Part shown: piece by piece, positions 19,295-28,792 of the stretch
Numbering within the stretch: position 1 is the stretch's first letter
Layout of the letters: every line of letters begins with the position of its first letter
Assembly: GCA_963790025.1 (NCBI GenBank)
Contig: CAWBMP010000002.1
Coordinates: 160,001-224,000, forward strand
Reading direction: 5' to 3'
Source of the DNA: Nitrospirota bacterium
GTDB taxonomy: Bacteria > Nitrospirota > Thermodesulfovibrionia > Thermodesulfovibrionales > Dissulfurispiraceae
DNA: 64,000 nucleotides
Notes under the pieces: model-generated
The model's database searches: none
What the model saw: the letters and a program-made list of their open reading frames with translations, nothing else
What the model was told of the DNA's origin: nothing
Made by a program: the position numbers and the translations under genes

Positions 19295-19431
19295 CTTCCT
19301 GTATTTACCGGTATTAGCTAATTCAGTAAATTAATCAAGTTGACCAATTTAGTAATATCGTTAAAGTACTATTAAGTGTGGAGTCTGTTATCGGAAGAAA
19401 AATACATTATCGAGCCGTAACAGATGTTTCT

Positions 19432-20130
19432 GTAGAGTAGAGAGCTGGCGTAGTAGTCGGAGACCCTATCTCCAGCTCCCCCTCGTCGAACCGGACGGTC
19501 GCTTTTCGCGAATACGGTTCTCCAATCATCTTCTTCCAGAGGCTTTCGCTCTCGCTTGGCCTTCTGGTATAGCTTCCACTAGAAATTCCGGAACTTCTGG
19601 AGTTTATAGCGTTACCGCAATCTCCTTTCCTTTTTTCCTTCAGAAGCGCGATGAAGGCATTGCCCCTTCCCTCTCCCAAAGTTATGTTGTCTTTGAGATG
19701 CAAACGGTACAATATGAGCAACTCCGATTCCCTTGCCGACCCAGTGAAACTTCGTTACCTTATATCCACCAGTTGCTGCTCTCGCAGCATCGTCAAGGGT
19801 CTCCCGTGTTCATTGTCGTATGACTTCCCCTGCGTGTCACCCCTGACACCCCGGGAGTCCATCTATCGGTTACGGTAGTTTTTGTCAGGATAGATGCTAC
19901 GGCCTTCCCCTTTCTGTGACAGGGTCGGCAACTCCGTCTCGTGTTTCGAGGCTACATCTGGGTTCGCTTGCGCTGCAACCCGCAGGTTTGCTCAACTCCC
20001 TTTAGGAGCCTTTGTCAGGAAACTTAGTGCTTCAGGTTACCCTTTACACCTCCCTCAAGCTACGTGGGCGAGCTACCAAACTCCCACGATCGGACTTTAA
20101 CCGATAAGTCATACGTTTTACACGGCATAC
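19432..20130 (-). ncRNA. ORF-less group II intron (699 nt) with internally deleted RT ORF
   Basis: Minus strand: 5' GTATG; domain V gagaaccgtattcgcgaaaagcgaccgtccggttc; domain VI ending ctactctAC; EBS1 loop cacagaaa (19911-19918) is complementary to the 5' exon end tttctgtg (20131-20138). Confidence 0.9.
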
Positions 20131-20396
20131 CACAGAAAAACGCACAGCAGTCATGCCGCCAGGGGCTGCATGTTTCAAATGGAATCCATTTTATTGTAGT
20201 CCCCTCCTCAGAGAGGGTTAGGGGTGGGTTTAGGCCGTGGTCGTATTGTCGTCACTGCGAGCGAAGCTTGGCAATCTCGTCTTTTCCCGATCTCTAGATT
20301 CACGAAATCAAGCCTGACCCGATTTGCTGCATCTATTTGCTCTGACTTACAGACTGCAAGATAGGCAAACTCAATATGGACCCCGAATTACTAATT

Positions 20397-21869
20397 TCAC
20401 CTGGAGTAAAAACTAGGTTTAGGAAAGCCACCCCGGACAACAACAACTACAATTACAATTGGGGACTGTCCGGTCTGATGAACAAAGACCTCAATATCGT
20501 CTTCTACAACACCAACTGGTGCAGATTTCGGTGAGGCTTCGAGTACGGACAACACGCCAACTCGCTTCCCCAGCCCGATTGCATAAGCTGCTGTCTGATC
20601 AAAAAATTTAGAGAGATCCTTAGGAAACAGAACTTTGCTGTTCTCGACTTTCAATTCGATCGGGATATCCCGGAATGTGAGATCAGTGATCCCACCTGCT
20701 GCTTCGGGGTGACCTTGCAAGTGCTCACCAATATCACACCGGTTTCGAAGCATCTCAGTGGCTTTGTTTTGGAATTGCGATTCTGACGTACCAGCCTCGA
20801 ACAAGCCGCCTTTCAAAGCTTGTGCAGCGATGTTGCCCAACCCACCAAGTACTATCATTGTGTTGGCAACATCATCTGAATGCAAACCGGGGAAGCTTCT
20901 CAACTTGTCGCGAACGCTGAGGAGATGTCTATCAACATTTGAAAACCCAGTCAAAGGGTTTTTAGTAACATCACATCCCTCCAAGAGTAGACGGCGATGC
21001 CCTACAATTGCAACATCCTGGCAATTACTCGTGTCGTCGAATTCAGCTGCGTAAAGGAATTCGTATGGCCTTGAGCCGAACGAATGAGCCACCTCCAGAA
21101 CTGCCCGACCGGTGCCAGTAAGAAAGAAAGGGCCATCACCTTCGGGTTTCTCGAACTTGAAACTGGGCAACCAATCCCGCTCGCGTATGTCGATCGTTAC
21201 AGGTGTTAACGAGAGGACACTGGCACCTGTGGGCCAATTTGAAACCCTGACTTCTATCGTAAGGTCGTAAGACATCCCCGGCTTAAGATAGTTCCAGTGT
21301 TTAGCCGGCTCGCCGTCGATATCAAACTTCAAGAACGCTACGGTCGTTTCGGTTTTCTCAGTCTCTGCTGAACTTCCGTTGGAGACAGGAACGCGGAACC
21401 CTCCAAAACCTCGATCCCGAAGATTGGCGAACAAAAGAAGGGGCAGGGTCCATCGTTTCAACTGATCCTGTATGAGGGTCAATTCGTCCACGTTCTTGAG
21501 ACCTTCGACTTGATCCAGAAACGCGTTCAGCCGCTCATCAGCAGCGAAACTCAAAGACTTGTCAAGCTCTGACGCCTTTAGCTTCGCCGAACTCAAGAAC
21601 CTTTGAGCATCTGGTTCAGCATTGCGTACGGCATGCTTCCACTCAGCCAAGAGCACAAAGATGGCAATGGCCCTGTGATATGAGCGGTACTGATCCTCGA
21701 CATCACCTTGACCGATCTCAGAGATTGTTGCTTCAAGCTCCAAACAGGCTCTTTTTAGGCGCTCAAGGTCATGCGGCGAAGGCTTCAGAGCCCCCGCAAG
21801 TGTTGCAGCAACCTCAATCCTCGAAGAAAAAGCTCGGTGGAAAATCTCGAAGTTTGGCTCGTTTCTCAT
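20397..21869 (-). CDS. Hypothetical protein with a C-terminal PD-(D/E)XK nuclease-like domain
   Basis: ESQFQ...GGITDL...IELK...QTAAY motif arrangement; 490 aa. Confidence 0.65.
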   Translation of the reverse strand: MRNEPNFEIFHRAFSSRIEVAATLAGALKPSPHDLERLKRACLELEATISEIGQGDVEDQYRSYHRAIAIFVLLAEWKHAVRNAEPDAQRFLSSAKLKASELDKSLSFAADERLNAFLDQVEGLKNVDELTLIQDQLKRWTLPLLLFANLRDRGFGGFRVPVSNGSSAETEKTETTVAFLKFDIDGEPAKHWNYLKPGMSYDLTIEVRVSNWPTGASVLSLTPVTIDIRERDWLPSFKFEKPEGDGPFFLTGTGRAVLEVAHSFGSRPYEFLYAAEFDDTSNCQDVAIVGHRRLLLEGCDVTKNPLTGFSNVDRHLLSVRDKLRSFPGLHSDDVANTMIVLGGLGNIAAQALKGGLFEAGTSESQFQNKATEMLRNRCDIGEHLQGHPEAAGGITDLTFRDIPIELKVENSKVLFPKDLSKFFDQTAAYAIGLGKRVGVLSVLEASPKSAPVGVVEDDIEVFVHQTGQSPIVIVVVVVRGGFPKPSFYSR

Positions 21870-24381
21870 TTTCTTTCTCCAAGTCAGACAGAAGGCTGCT
21901 CCATTTTTCGATCAACTCGACAAACGCCCCTCCGCCTCCTATTGTGTGTTCAATCTCGGAAGCCGTCGCGACTAAAGCGGTTTCAAGTCGCCACTGTTCA
22001 TTTCGATCTTCTACTGGGATGCTTGCCATCAGTTCCCTAAAACAAGTGCTTGCAGCTGCATGGTTTCCTGCCTTAGTCAAGGCGGCAGCATAAAGAAGCG
22101 CTTCAACAAAGCCTTCTGGCCTGAATGGCCGGAGTGCTTCGAATGCCTTTTTAATTTCGTCTATACAGTTTTGAAGCTCATTGTGTGGGGCTCTTAAGAT
22201 CGCGGACACGCAGTCGTCGGTAGAAATGGAGCGCGTATAGTCATCTTGAATTGACTTCAGCGCCACTTTGGCAAAGCCAGGAACCTCCCCAAAGCCATAG
22301 TGCAACCGATCAACAGCATGGTAAAGGGCACTTCCCTCCAAGCTGAGCAAGATACCCGAGAGCAGCAGGCCGAGTTTCCCTTTTCTTTCTTCAGGCGAAA
22401 GGCAGAGAAACGCAAATGCGTCGATACAGTCGACAACGAAGTCCTCTTGCTTGCTTTGTTGGGAGTAGTAAACAATCAGGCTCCAGAGCCCGTGCTTAAT
22501 AAGGCTTCGTTTCTCTTTAGGAAATGATCTACGCCTCAGAGAATGAACGGCCGACCGATGAACAATGACATATGGGTCAGTAAGCAAGACGGAAAATGCT
22601 TCAAAGAACAGATCGGGAAAGTTCTTCACCAAGTCGTATGGGACATCCCCCCATGCTTGTACAGCGCTGGCACGGATCAATGTGCTCTCGTCCATAAGTG
22701 CACGATACCAATCGGAGAGCACTATCGTTAGGCTTTCGACCCCGGCCAACAATTTTGAAACATGAACTATCATGTTTCCACGCATTTGCGTTTGGTTCTC
22801 GGGCAACTTCCGATACAGTTCTAGGAGCTGTTCAATTCCTTCACGTCCCTTGGATTTTGCTCCAACTGCAGCCCATTCGATCAGTGCGCTCTGCAAGCCG
22901 TCAATTGCTCCGCGTTTGTTCGTTTTATCCATATGAGCGAGCACATCGCCAGTCAGTTCGAGAGAGCGCTCTGTATCTACTTGCTCATACTTCTCGCTAA
23001 GTGTAGCCGCTGCACCGATCAGATTATCAAAATGCTCGACTGCGAGCTGAGCAAACTCGTCCCAAGAATGTCTGAAGAACTGTCCCGCTTCATCCATGCC
23101 GTTCTCTGGGCTTTCTATGGCAGCCCAAAGCAATCTTCTAAATCCTATCCTTTGTGCTGTTCCTATCTGTGCCTTTTCCCGATAGCTGTGTTTCAGCACT
23201 GATCTATAGGTTCTATTAGCTTCTTCTCTTCCGGTATTGTCGTTGTCAGCAAGGAACGATTGGATGATCTTGTCCGTTTCCTCTGGAAAACGTTCGAGGC
23301 ACTTCGAGGCCGCTTCCCGAAGATAGTAGAGTACGCTGCTATCCCGGCGCACTCTCGGAAGCAGAAATCGCCTGCGCATAAGCTTGGCGAAGATACTTTC
23401 AGTATGTCTTGAAAGCAGCTCGTCACTATCCGTCGCAAGTATGATCTCAACGGCATCCCCAATTTTTTCTGGGTTCGCGTTACTTAGAAGTGCGTCGACC
23501 TCCGCACAAATCTGAGCACGCCTTTTCTGGAAGAGCGCGTGAATTGGCGCAGCATCAAGCCTTATTGGTTCGCTTCCTCCAAAATGCACTCCGGGTGGCG
23601 GTCCTAAGGCCATTGACACAAAGGGACGTAAAACCTTTTTCAAGTCGTCTTGGGAAAGCTTTTCCGCCCCCGACAAAACCAGGTCGATAGCCGCTGAAGA
23701 TTTCTCATAGCTGTTCACCAAGCTCACCGCCACTGAAAGCTTTTCTTCTGATTCTAACGGTGCCCTGAGTAATGCCTTCGCGGCAGGTCTAGAATACGGC
23801 AAGTTCTCGTGTAGCACTGCTGGCAAGAGATGTTCGATCACCTTTCTGGTAAATGTCTCAGGAGCAAGGTTTGCGAGTTGCTCCAGACGCGGATCGTTCC
23901 TTTCTATATCTTCCTGATCAAGCTCATCCAACAGATCGAAAACGAAGGTTTCCTCTAGAGAGAGTTCGTAGCGAAGTTTCGCCCGTTCTTGGCGCCTGTC
24001 GGTCTGCTTCTGCTTTCTCTCCCTTTCTTCTTCTTCGCGCGCTTCCTTTAGGTTTTCGGCAGCTTGTTCCCTCGGGTCAACAAAACTCATAATATTAGGA
24101 AATCCTACGGGAACCCGTTCCTCACAACCCTTGCAGTTGTTCTGGTAGAAGTCATAAGCTGCATCTTCCAGCAGCCAACAATACATGGAGTTTTTCTTAG
24201 AGAATTTGCACTGGACGCCCATGTGCCCAATTGGGAGACCAGTTGCAGCTTCAATCATTCCCCTTCCATGAGACCTTACGAACTCGGCATGGAAACACCA
24301 ATTTCTTAGAAGCTTTGTTGTTCGGAGATTGCGCTGGCCTGCTTCTATTGCATTTTTATAGCTGTCTTCAAAATCATCCAT
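21814..24381 (-). CDS. Large helical-repeat (HEAT-like) protein with an N-terminal Cys-rich domain
   Basis: 855 aa; WCFH...QC...C...CKGC cluster, coiled coil, HEAT-like LMDESTLIRASAV and LTDPYVIVHRSAV units. Confidence 0.65.
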   Translation of the reverse strand: MDDFEDSYKNAIEAGQRNLRTTKLLRNWCFHAEFVRSHGRGMIEAATGLPIGHMGVQCKFSKKNSMYCWLLEDAAYDFYQNNCKGCEERVPVGFPNIMSFVDPREQAAENLKEAREEEERERKQKQTDRRQERAKLRYELSLEETFVFDLLDELDQEDIERNDPRLEQLANLAPETFTRKVIEHLLPAVLHENLPYSRPAAKALLRAPLESEEKLSVAVSLVNSYEKSSAAIDLVLSGAEKLSQDDLKKVLRPFVSMALGPPPGVHFGGSEPIRLDAAPIHALFQKRRAQICAEVDALLSNANPEKIGDAVEIILATDSDELLSRHTESIFAKLMRRRFLLPRVRRDSSVLYYLREAASKCLERFPEETDKIIQSFLADNDNTGREEANRTYRSVLKHSYREKAQIGTAQRIGFRRLLWAAIESPENGMDEAGQFFRHSWDEFAQLAVEHFDNLIGAAATLSEKYEQVDTERSLELTGDVLAHMDKTNKRGAIDGLQSALIEWAAVGAKSKGREGIEQLLELYRKLPENQTQMRGNMIVHVSKLLAGVESLTIVLSDWYRALMDESTLIRASAVQAWGDVPYDLVKNFPDLFFEAFSVLLTDPYVIVHRSAVHSLRRRSFPKEKRSLIKHGLWSLIVYYSQQSKQEDFVVDCIDAFAFLCLSPEERKGKLGLLLSGILLSLEGSALYHAVDRLHYGFGEVPGFAKVALKSIQDDYTRSISTDDCVSAILRAPHNELQNCIDEIKKAFEALRPFRPEGFVEALLYAAALTKAGNHAAASTCFRELMASIPVEDRNEQWRLETALVATASEIEHTIGGGGAFVELIEKWSSLLSDLEKENEKRAKLRDFPPSFFFED

Positions 24382-25196
24382 TTTGACTAACCTTCTTGCG
24401 CTTTTTTCAAAAATGCCAGTAGGTAATACGCATTAGCGGCACCCGTAAGAAGAGGAGTTCAGGGTAAGCTCTACTGTTGTTGCTTTGCACCTTTCAGTTG
24501 ACCTTCTTCATTTCTACATAGCCAGTTATTAAGTGATTACCCCGCTAACACCAGGGGATGTTGATTTATGCAAACCCATAAATATTCATGATTTGCTGTA
24601 ACTGTCTGCTTTAATACAATTACTCCCGTGACTAATATTCAACTCCCTACTTCCCTGCCACGAATGTTTGCGAAATAAAATAGTCTATAAACATCGGCGA
24701 GAAAAGTAAAGAGAGTTTATGAGTAGATATCCGGCCGGATTGTGACAGTTATTTTAGGAAACCTCTTCATCTGGCGATATCGCATTAATGCGAAGTATTC
24801 AGGTTACTTTGCCGAGTCAGGTCCTCACAGTACTGTTGAGTTTCGATAAGTCGCAACTCAATGAAGAGTACACGTGGAAATCGTTATGACGGTCGCTGTG
24901 GACCCGCAGGTTGGTATCTATTACGCGCGGATGATAAGGATTTCATTTTTAATGACTTGGTAGCGGACCGCCATATTTAACATTTGGCAGCAATGTCAGG
25001 TCATGAAGAGCCCAAACTACAGCACTCATTTCGAGTTGTCCCAATTCCTTGAGGGTGTCCCACATTACGTCTCCTCCTATATTAGGATAAATACGACGAA
25101 GCTGATTGAAGTTTAATCTGTTTTCCAACTCAAAATTGTTAACTCGAGAAGCAGTAATAAATACAAAAAGCGAACCTATTAAGATACCAACAGTCT

Positions 25197-26243
25197 GTGT
25201 ATTTTTTCTCATGCCACCAAGAGGAGGTGTTGGACCGGCCGGGGAAAGCGCCAATAATTTATGGAAGAAGCAAAAAGGTAGATAAAGCAATAACTGCGGT
25301 AAAGAATATTTTCTTAAAGTTTGGTTGGGAAGGAGATGGGAAAATACGTGTAATTTGGATCCCACCTTTTTTGGATCAATCTAGTGATCCCAATTATGGC
25401 TCCTTTATTTGGCATGTTAAACAATACAATAACGGAACTTCTTTCTTAGGTTTTAAGGAACCTATTCAATCAGCAAGATTATTAGATCAGAATGTGGTTT
25501 TTAAGCAGAATGATAGAGATGTAAAACCCATAAACCTAATATACACGGAAGAAAAAAACTTATTACTGCAACTCAAAAAAAAGAAAAAACTGCTACAAGA
25601 AGTGATAGGGCATGTAGAATCAAATATTTTGAGTAGCGAATTAATAAACTCGACATTGGGTTATATTCAAAATGACGTGATGTCAGAATTCAACGATTTC
25701 ATTGATGAGTGTTATTTGCAGTATTTGGTACACGTCTTAAGCGATAATAATCCTGACTCTATAAAGCTTAAATCTATAAATGTAAGAATTGGCCTTGATC
25801 ACATTTCGGAACAACCTAGCTTTGGAATAGGAGATAATTGGCTAACAATACGTGAAATTATTAGTAACATTTGGAGGGATTTCAAATTCTTGTCGTTTAA
25901 AGACAAGTTTAAGGAGATAATGAACTGTATAGATTTTAAGTATGATGCAAAACAAATAGCAGATATTAATAAACATGTAGTCATAAGGAACTGCATTCAA
26001 CATCATCAATGGGCATTAGCCGCTGATGTCTTAAAAACAATAGGGTTAAATAAAATAGAAATATTGAATGAAAAAGGAAAATATACAACAATCCAAAAAT
26101 GGAACAAAATTGTGCTGACATCTCAAGAAGTTAGCTCTATAATTGATAACCTCGCCCATTTCTGTGTTGAATATGTAAAGCATGTAAAACATAGAATTAA
26201 AACCAGACATTTTTTGCACAACTTTAAAAAAGAAGATTATTAA
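25197..26243 (+). CDS. AT-rich protein: N-terminal GWEGDG/WIPPF/WHVKQ domain fused to a HEPN-like domain (start uncertain)
   Basis: RNCIQH matches the HEPN Rx4H motif in a helical C-terminal half; visibly AT-rich DNA. Confidence 0.6.
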   Translation: MYFFSCHQEEVLDRPGKAPIIYGRSKKVDKAITAVKNIFLKFGWEGDGKIRVIWIPPFLDQSSDPNYGSFIWHVKQYNNGTSFLGFKEPIQSARLLDQNVVFKQNDRDVKPINLIYTEEKNLLLQLKKKKKLLQEVIGHVESNILSSELINSTLGYIQNDVMSEFNDFIDECYLQYLVHVLSDNNPDSIKLKSINVRIGLDHISEQPSFGIGDNWLTIREIISNIWRDFKFLSFKDKFKEIMNCIDFKYDAKQIADINKHVVIRNCIQHHQWALAADVLKTIGLNKIEILNEKGKYTTIQKWNKIVLTSQEVSSIIDNLAHFCVEYVKHVKHRIKTRHFLHNFKKEDY

Positions 26244-26549
26244 GATTTATTAGTTCAAACACTCATGGTTAAAGCAATTGAATGCAATCGTTGAACTATA
26301 GTAAAGGAGATTAAAGAAGGGATTTATCGAGCAAATATCAGAAATTTATGCTGCTATGAACAAACAGGACAAGAAAGGCAAAGAGAATTTTACTGCGTGG
26401 GACTTTCATCTCTTCAGATTAATTCTATGGTAGTTATTTTCGCAAGTCTGCAGCAGTTGCGCGGTCGCGAAACTGTGGATTATTCAGGTACATCCGTACT
26501 GCAAGGCTATTTTCAAATACGAGGATTACAGGAAGAACCACATGTCAGC

Positions 26550-26825
26550 CTATTCTTTTATCCTTGAAAGTCTGTAAGTCACGAAACCGTCCGGACAAAT
26601 GACATTAACGTGCTCAGCCTTCTCCCACTCCATCTTCTCCGACCACCGCATGGCAAATGCCATTGGATGTAAAGAAGCAAATGCCCGACCGCACATCCCG
26701 CTGGGTTCAGGTGTTCGAGCTGTTATTATATAATTTTCTCCCTTTCGGCATTTGGCTGAACCTGGGCAAGTTCCGGATTCACTGCGAACGTCGATAGCTT
26801 CACATTTGATCTTATAATTAGCCAT
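26550..26825 (-). CDS. Small Cys-rich protein, TIGR04076-like
   Basis: GGAGGA RBS; C...P.GMC..AF..L.P...CPDG pattern. Confidence 0.7.
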   Translation of the reverse strand: MANYKIKCEAIDVRSESGTCPGSAKCRKGENYIITARTPEPSGMCGRAFASLHPMAFAMRWSEKMEWEKAEHVNVICPDGFVTYRLSRIKE

Positions 26826-27143
26826 TCTTCCTCCTCTTTCCCATTGAGTAATGAATATGAAAAATACTGATTGTATTCCTCACCATTTTAGCAGAGAAGG
26901 CAGATAAATGTTAGGAAGCAAATCACCGGGTATGTTCCGGGATGAAGCCGACGCTTCCCTCGCCAGGGTTGGAAGGTTCGTTTGCTCCGGAAGAGGTGAC
27001 AAATTGGAATGGGCCTGGGCCGTATCATCCTTAGGTCACTTTCAGATATCGCCTACAGCTAATTCTAATATAAATTTAAAATATTCCCAATCTATTTCTC
27101 AATGTGATACAATTCGTTTAAACTAAAATTAAGAGGAGGCAAC

Positions 27144-27254
27144 ATGGCAACAGCAATGAAAGCGAAATGTGCTGGAAAGACGAAAGAAGGAAAGCAATGT
27201 AAGAAGTCCGCAAGTGGGAAATCTAAATTCTGTGCATCTCACAAGAAAAAATAG
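27144..27254 (+). CDS. 36-aa basic C3H zinc-finger-like protein (below the ORF-track cutoff)
   Basis: AGAGGAGG RBS; MATAMKAKCAGKTKEGKQCKKSASGKSKFCASHKKK*. Confidence 0.7.
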   Translation: MATAMKAKCAGKTKEGKQCKKSASGKSKFCASHKKK

Positions 27255-27727
27255 CTGTAAACTGTAAAAGCATTTAAGAAAACTCTCAGAGGAGAGGATT
27301 GTCTATTAACAGCGTGTAAATTCTGATTCTACACGAAATGCTGTTTTATACCTTATTCCAACCAACATATTTCTCAGGGGTGCCAGAGACTCACCAAGTT
27401 CTTCCTGGAAGCCACAGTTTAAGATTGTCGCAACTTTATGCACAATTCTCCAAGTAATCAACTCTCCAGACATCTCAGTAACAGTGTTGATTCCCAAGAG
27501 AATATGTTAAAAACCAGTTGCGTGTTTCATCGCAGTAACAAGCGGTCCGGAAATGCTGTCAAAAAGTATAGGTAGCTATTAATTCTTATTAATGTCATAC
27601 TAACCAAAGAAGGTTCAGAGGTTTTTTAACTAAGAGATGGCCACGGAGACTTTTAGCTCTGTGGCTATTTTATTTTGGTTTACTATAAATCTGATACTTT
27701 ACTTTAGTATAAAAGGAGGTATGCACG

Positions 27728-27928
27728 ATGGTTAACGGAACAGTAAAGTGGTTCAATGACTCAAGAGGCTTCGGCTTTATTACAGGCGACGACGGAGGGG
27801 ATGTTTTTGTCCACCACTCGTCGATCCAGGGTGAGGGATTCAAGTCCCTTGCCGAGGGTGACAGGATCAGCTTTGATACGGAAAAAGGCCCTAAGGGTCC
27901 CAAGGCGATCACGGTAATTAAACAGTAA
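27728..27928 (+). CDS. cspA: Cold-shock protein
   Basis: GTVKWFN, GFGFI (RNP1), VFVH (RNP2), GPKGPKA; AAGGAGGT RBS. Confidence 0.96.
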   Translation: MVNGTVKWFNDSRGFGFITGDDGGDVFVHHSSIQGEGFKSLAEGDRISFDTEKGPKGPKAITVIKQ

Positions 27929-27982
27929 GTAACCGAAGGTCCTCTGCGTTAAGCAGGGGACACTCCCCTTCAAGGAGGAATC

Positions 27983-28531
27983 ATGAAGATTAAAAAGCAG
28001 GACAAAAAAAATATGATAAAAGAAACCGGCGAAATCAACGGAAGAATTACTGAAAAAACTCAAACTGTCGAAAAACCTTTAAGAGCCAAGAAACTTCTGG
28101 CGCAGAAAACCTTTTCTGAGAAAGCCAGTTCGACGGAGAAACCCGATACCACCAAGAGCCCCAAAACGGCTGCAAATTCTGCAACCTGTGCAAATCCGAA
28201 ATCGGAACCCCCTGGGATGAAAAAAAAGTATATAGAGTCTCGCAATATCTGCGAAGTTACATTCAGATTGCATAGTGAGGCATCACCCGGGGCAAAGAAG
28301 GCAACCGTAGTAGGAGACTTTAATAATTGGGAGAAAGAGGCCACACCTTTAACGAAACAGGAAAACGGCGACTTCATTATAGCACTCGAACTCGATACAG
28401 GGACTGAATACCGTTTCCGCTATTTCATTGATGGGCAGCGGTGGGAAAATGACTGGCATGCAGACAAATATGTCAAGAGCCCTTATGATGTCGAAGATTC
28501 GGTAGTAGTGTGCGCAGCCATTGAAGGGTAG
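27983..28531 (+). CDS. CBM48/AMPK-beta-like glycogen-binding (isoamylase early set) domain protein
   Basis: VVGDFNNW, YRFRYFIDG..WENDW.AD; Lys-rich disordered N-terminus. Confidence 0.85.
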   Translation: MKIKKQDKKNMIKETGEINGRITEKTQTVEKPLRAKKLLAQKTFSEKASSTEKPDTTKSPKTAANSATCANPKSEPPGMKKKYIESRNICEVTFRLHSEASPGAKKATVVGDFNNWEKEATPLTKQENGDFIIALELDTGTEYRFRYFIDGQRWENDWHADKYVKSPYDVEDSVVVCAAIEG

Positions 28532-28567
28532 AATGTAATGATTCCGTAAATACGAAGGAGGCATCTA

Positions 28568-28678
28568 ATGAGTAAAGAAAAAGACAAGAAAAGGACAACT
28601 GAAAAGAAAAAACCACAGCATACACTTAAAGAGAAAAAACAATTGAAAAGAGAAAAAAACAGCACGCTAACAACGTAG
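28568..28678 (+). CDS. 36-aa Lys-rich small protein (below the ORF-track cutoff)
   Basis: GAAGGAGG RBS; MSKEKDKKRTTEKKKPQHTLKEKKQLKREKNSTLTT*; terminator-like hairpin follows. Confidence 0.65.
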   Translation: MSKEKDKKRTTEKKKPQHTLKEKKQLKREKNSTLTT

Positions 28679-28792
28679 TGCACTGAATAAAAGCGGGGCT
28701 GTCCCCTTTTGTCTGCTCCCAAAGCCATTTGTGCGAGTGTGAAGGACAACTCCAAATAAATATTATTGGCATAGTTTTAGGAGGCACATACC

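Noticed and set aside
19407..20100. ORFs 19407-19721, 19651-19878 and 19894-20100
   Set aside because: They lie within the group II intron RNA structure and have no RT motifs.
21814..21869. Single frameshifted gene joining the 855-aa and 490-aa ORFs
   Set aside because: The second ORF has its own GGAG plus ATG and the overlap fits translational coupling. A fusion cannot be excluded without homologues.
24665..24692. TGTTTGCGAAATAAAATAGTC as a second transposon end
   Set aside because: Same orientation as the first end and only one weak site; not enough support.
24949..25365. 138-aa minus-strand ORF or a retron-like ncRNA region
   Set aside because: It overlaps the HEPN-like gene, no reverse transcriptase is nearby and no msr/msd inverted repeats were found; at most a gene fragment.
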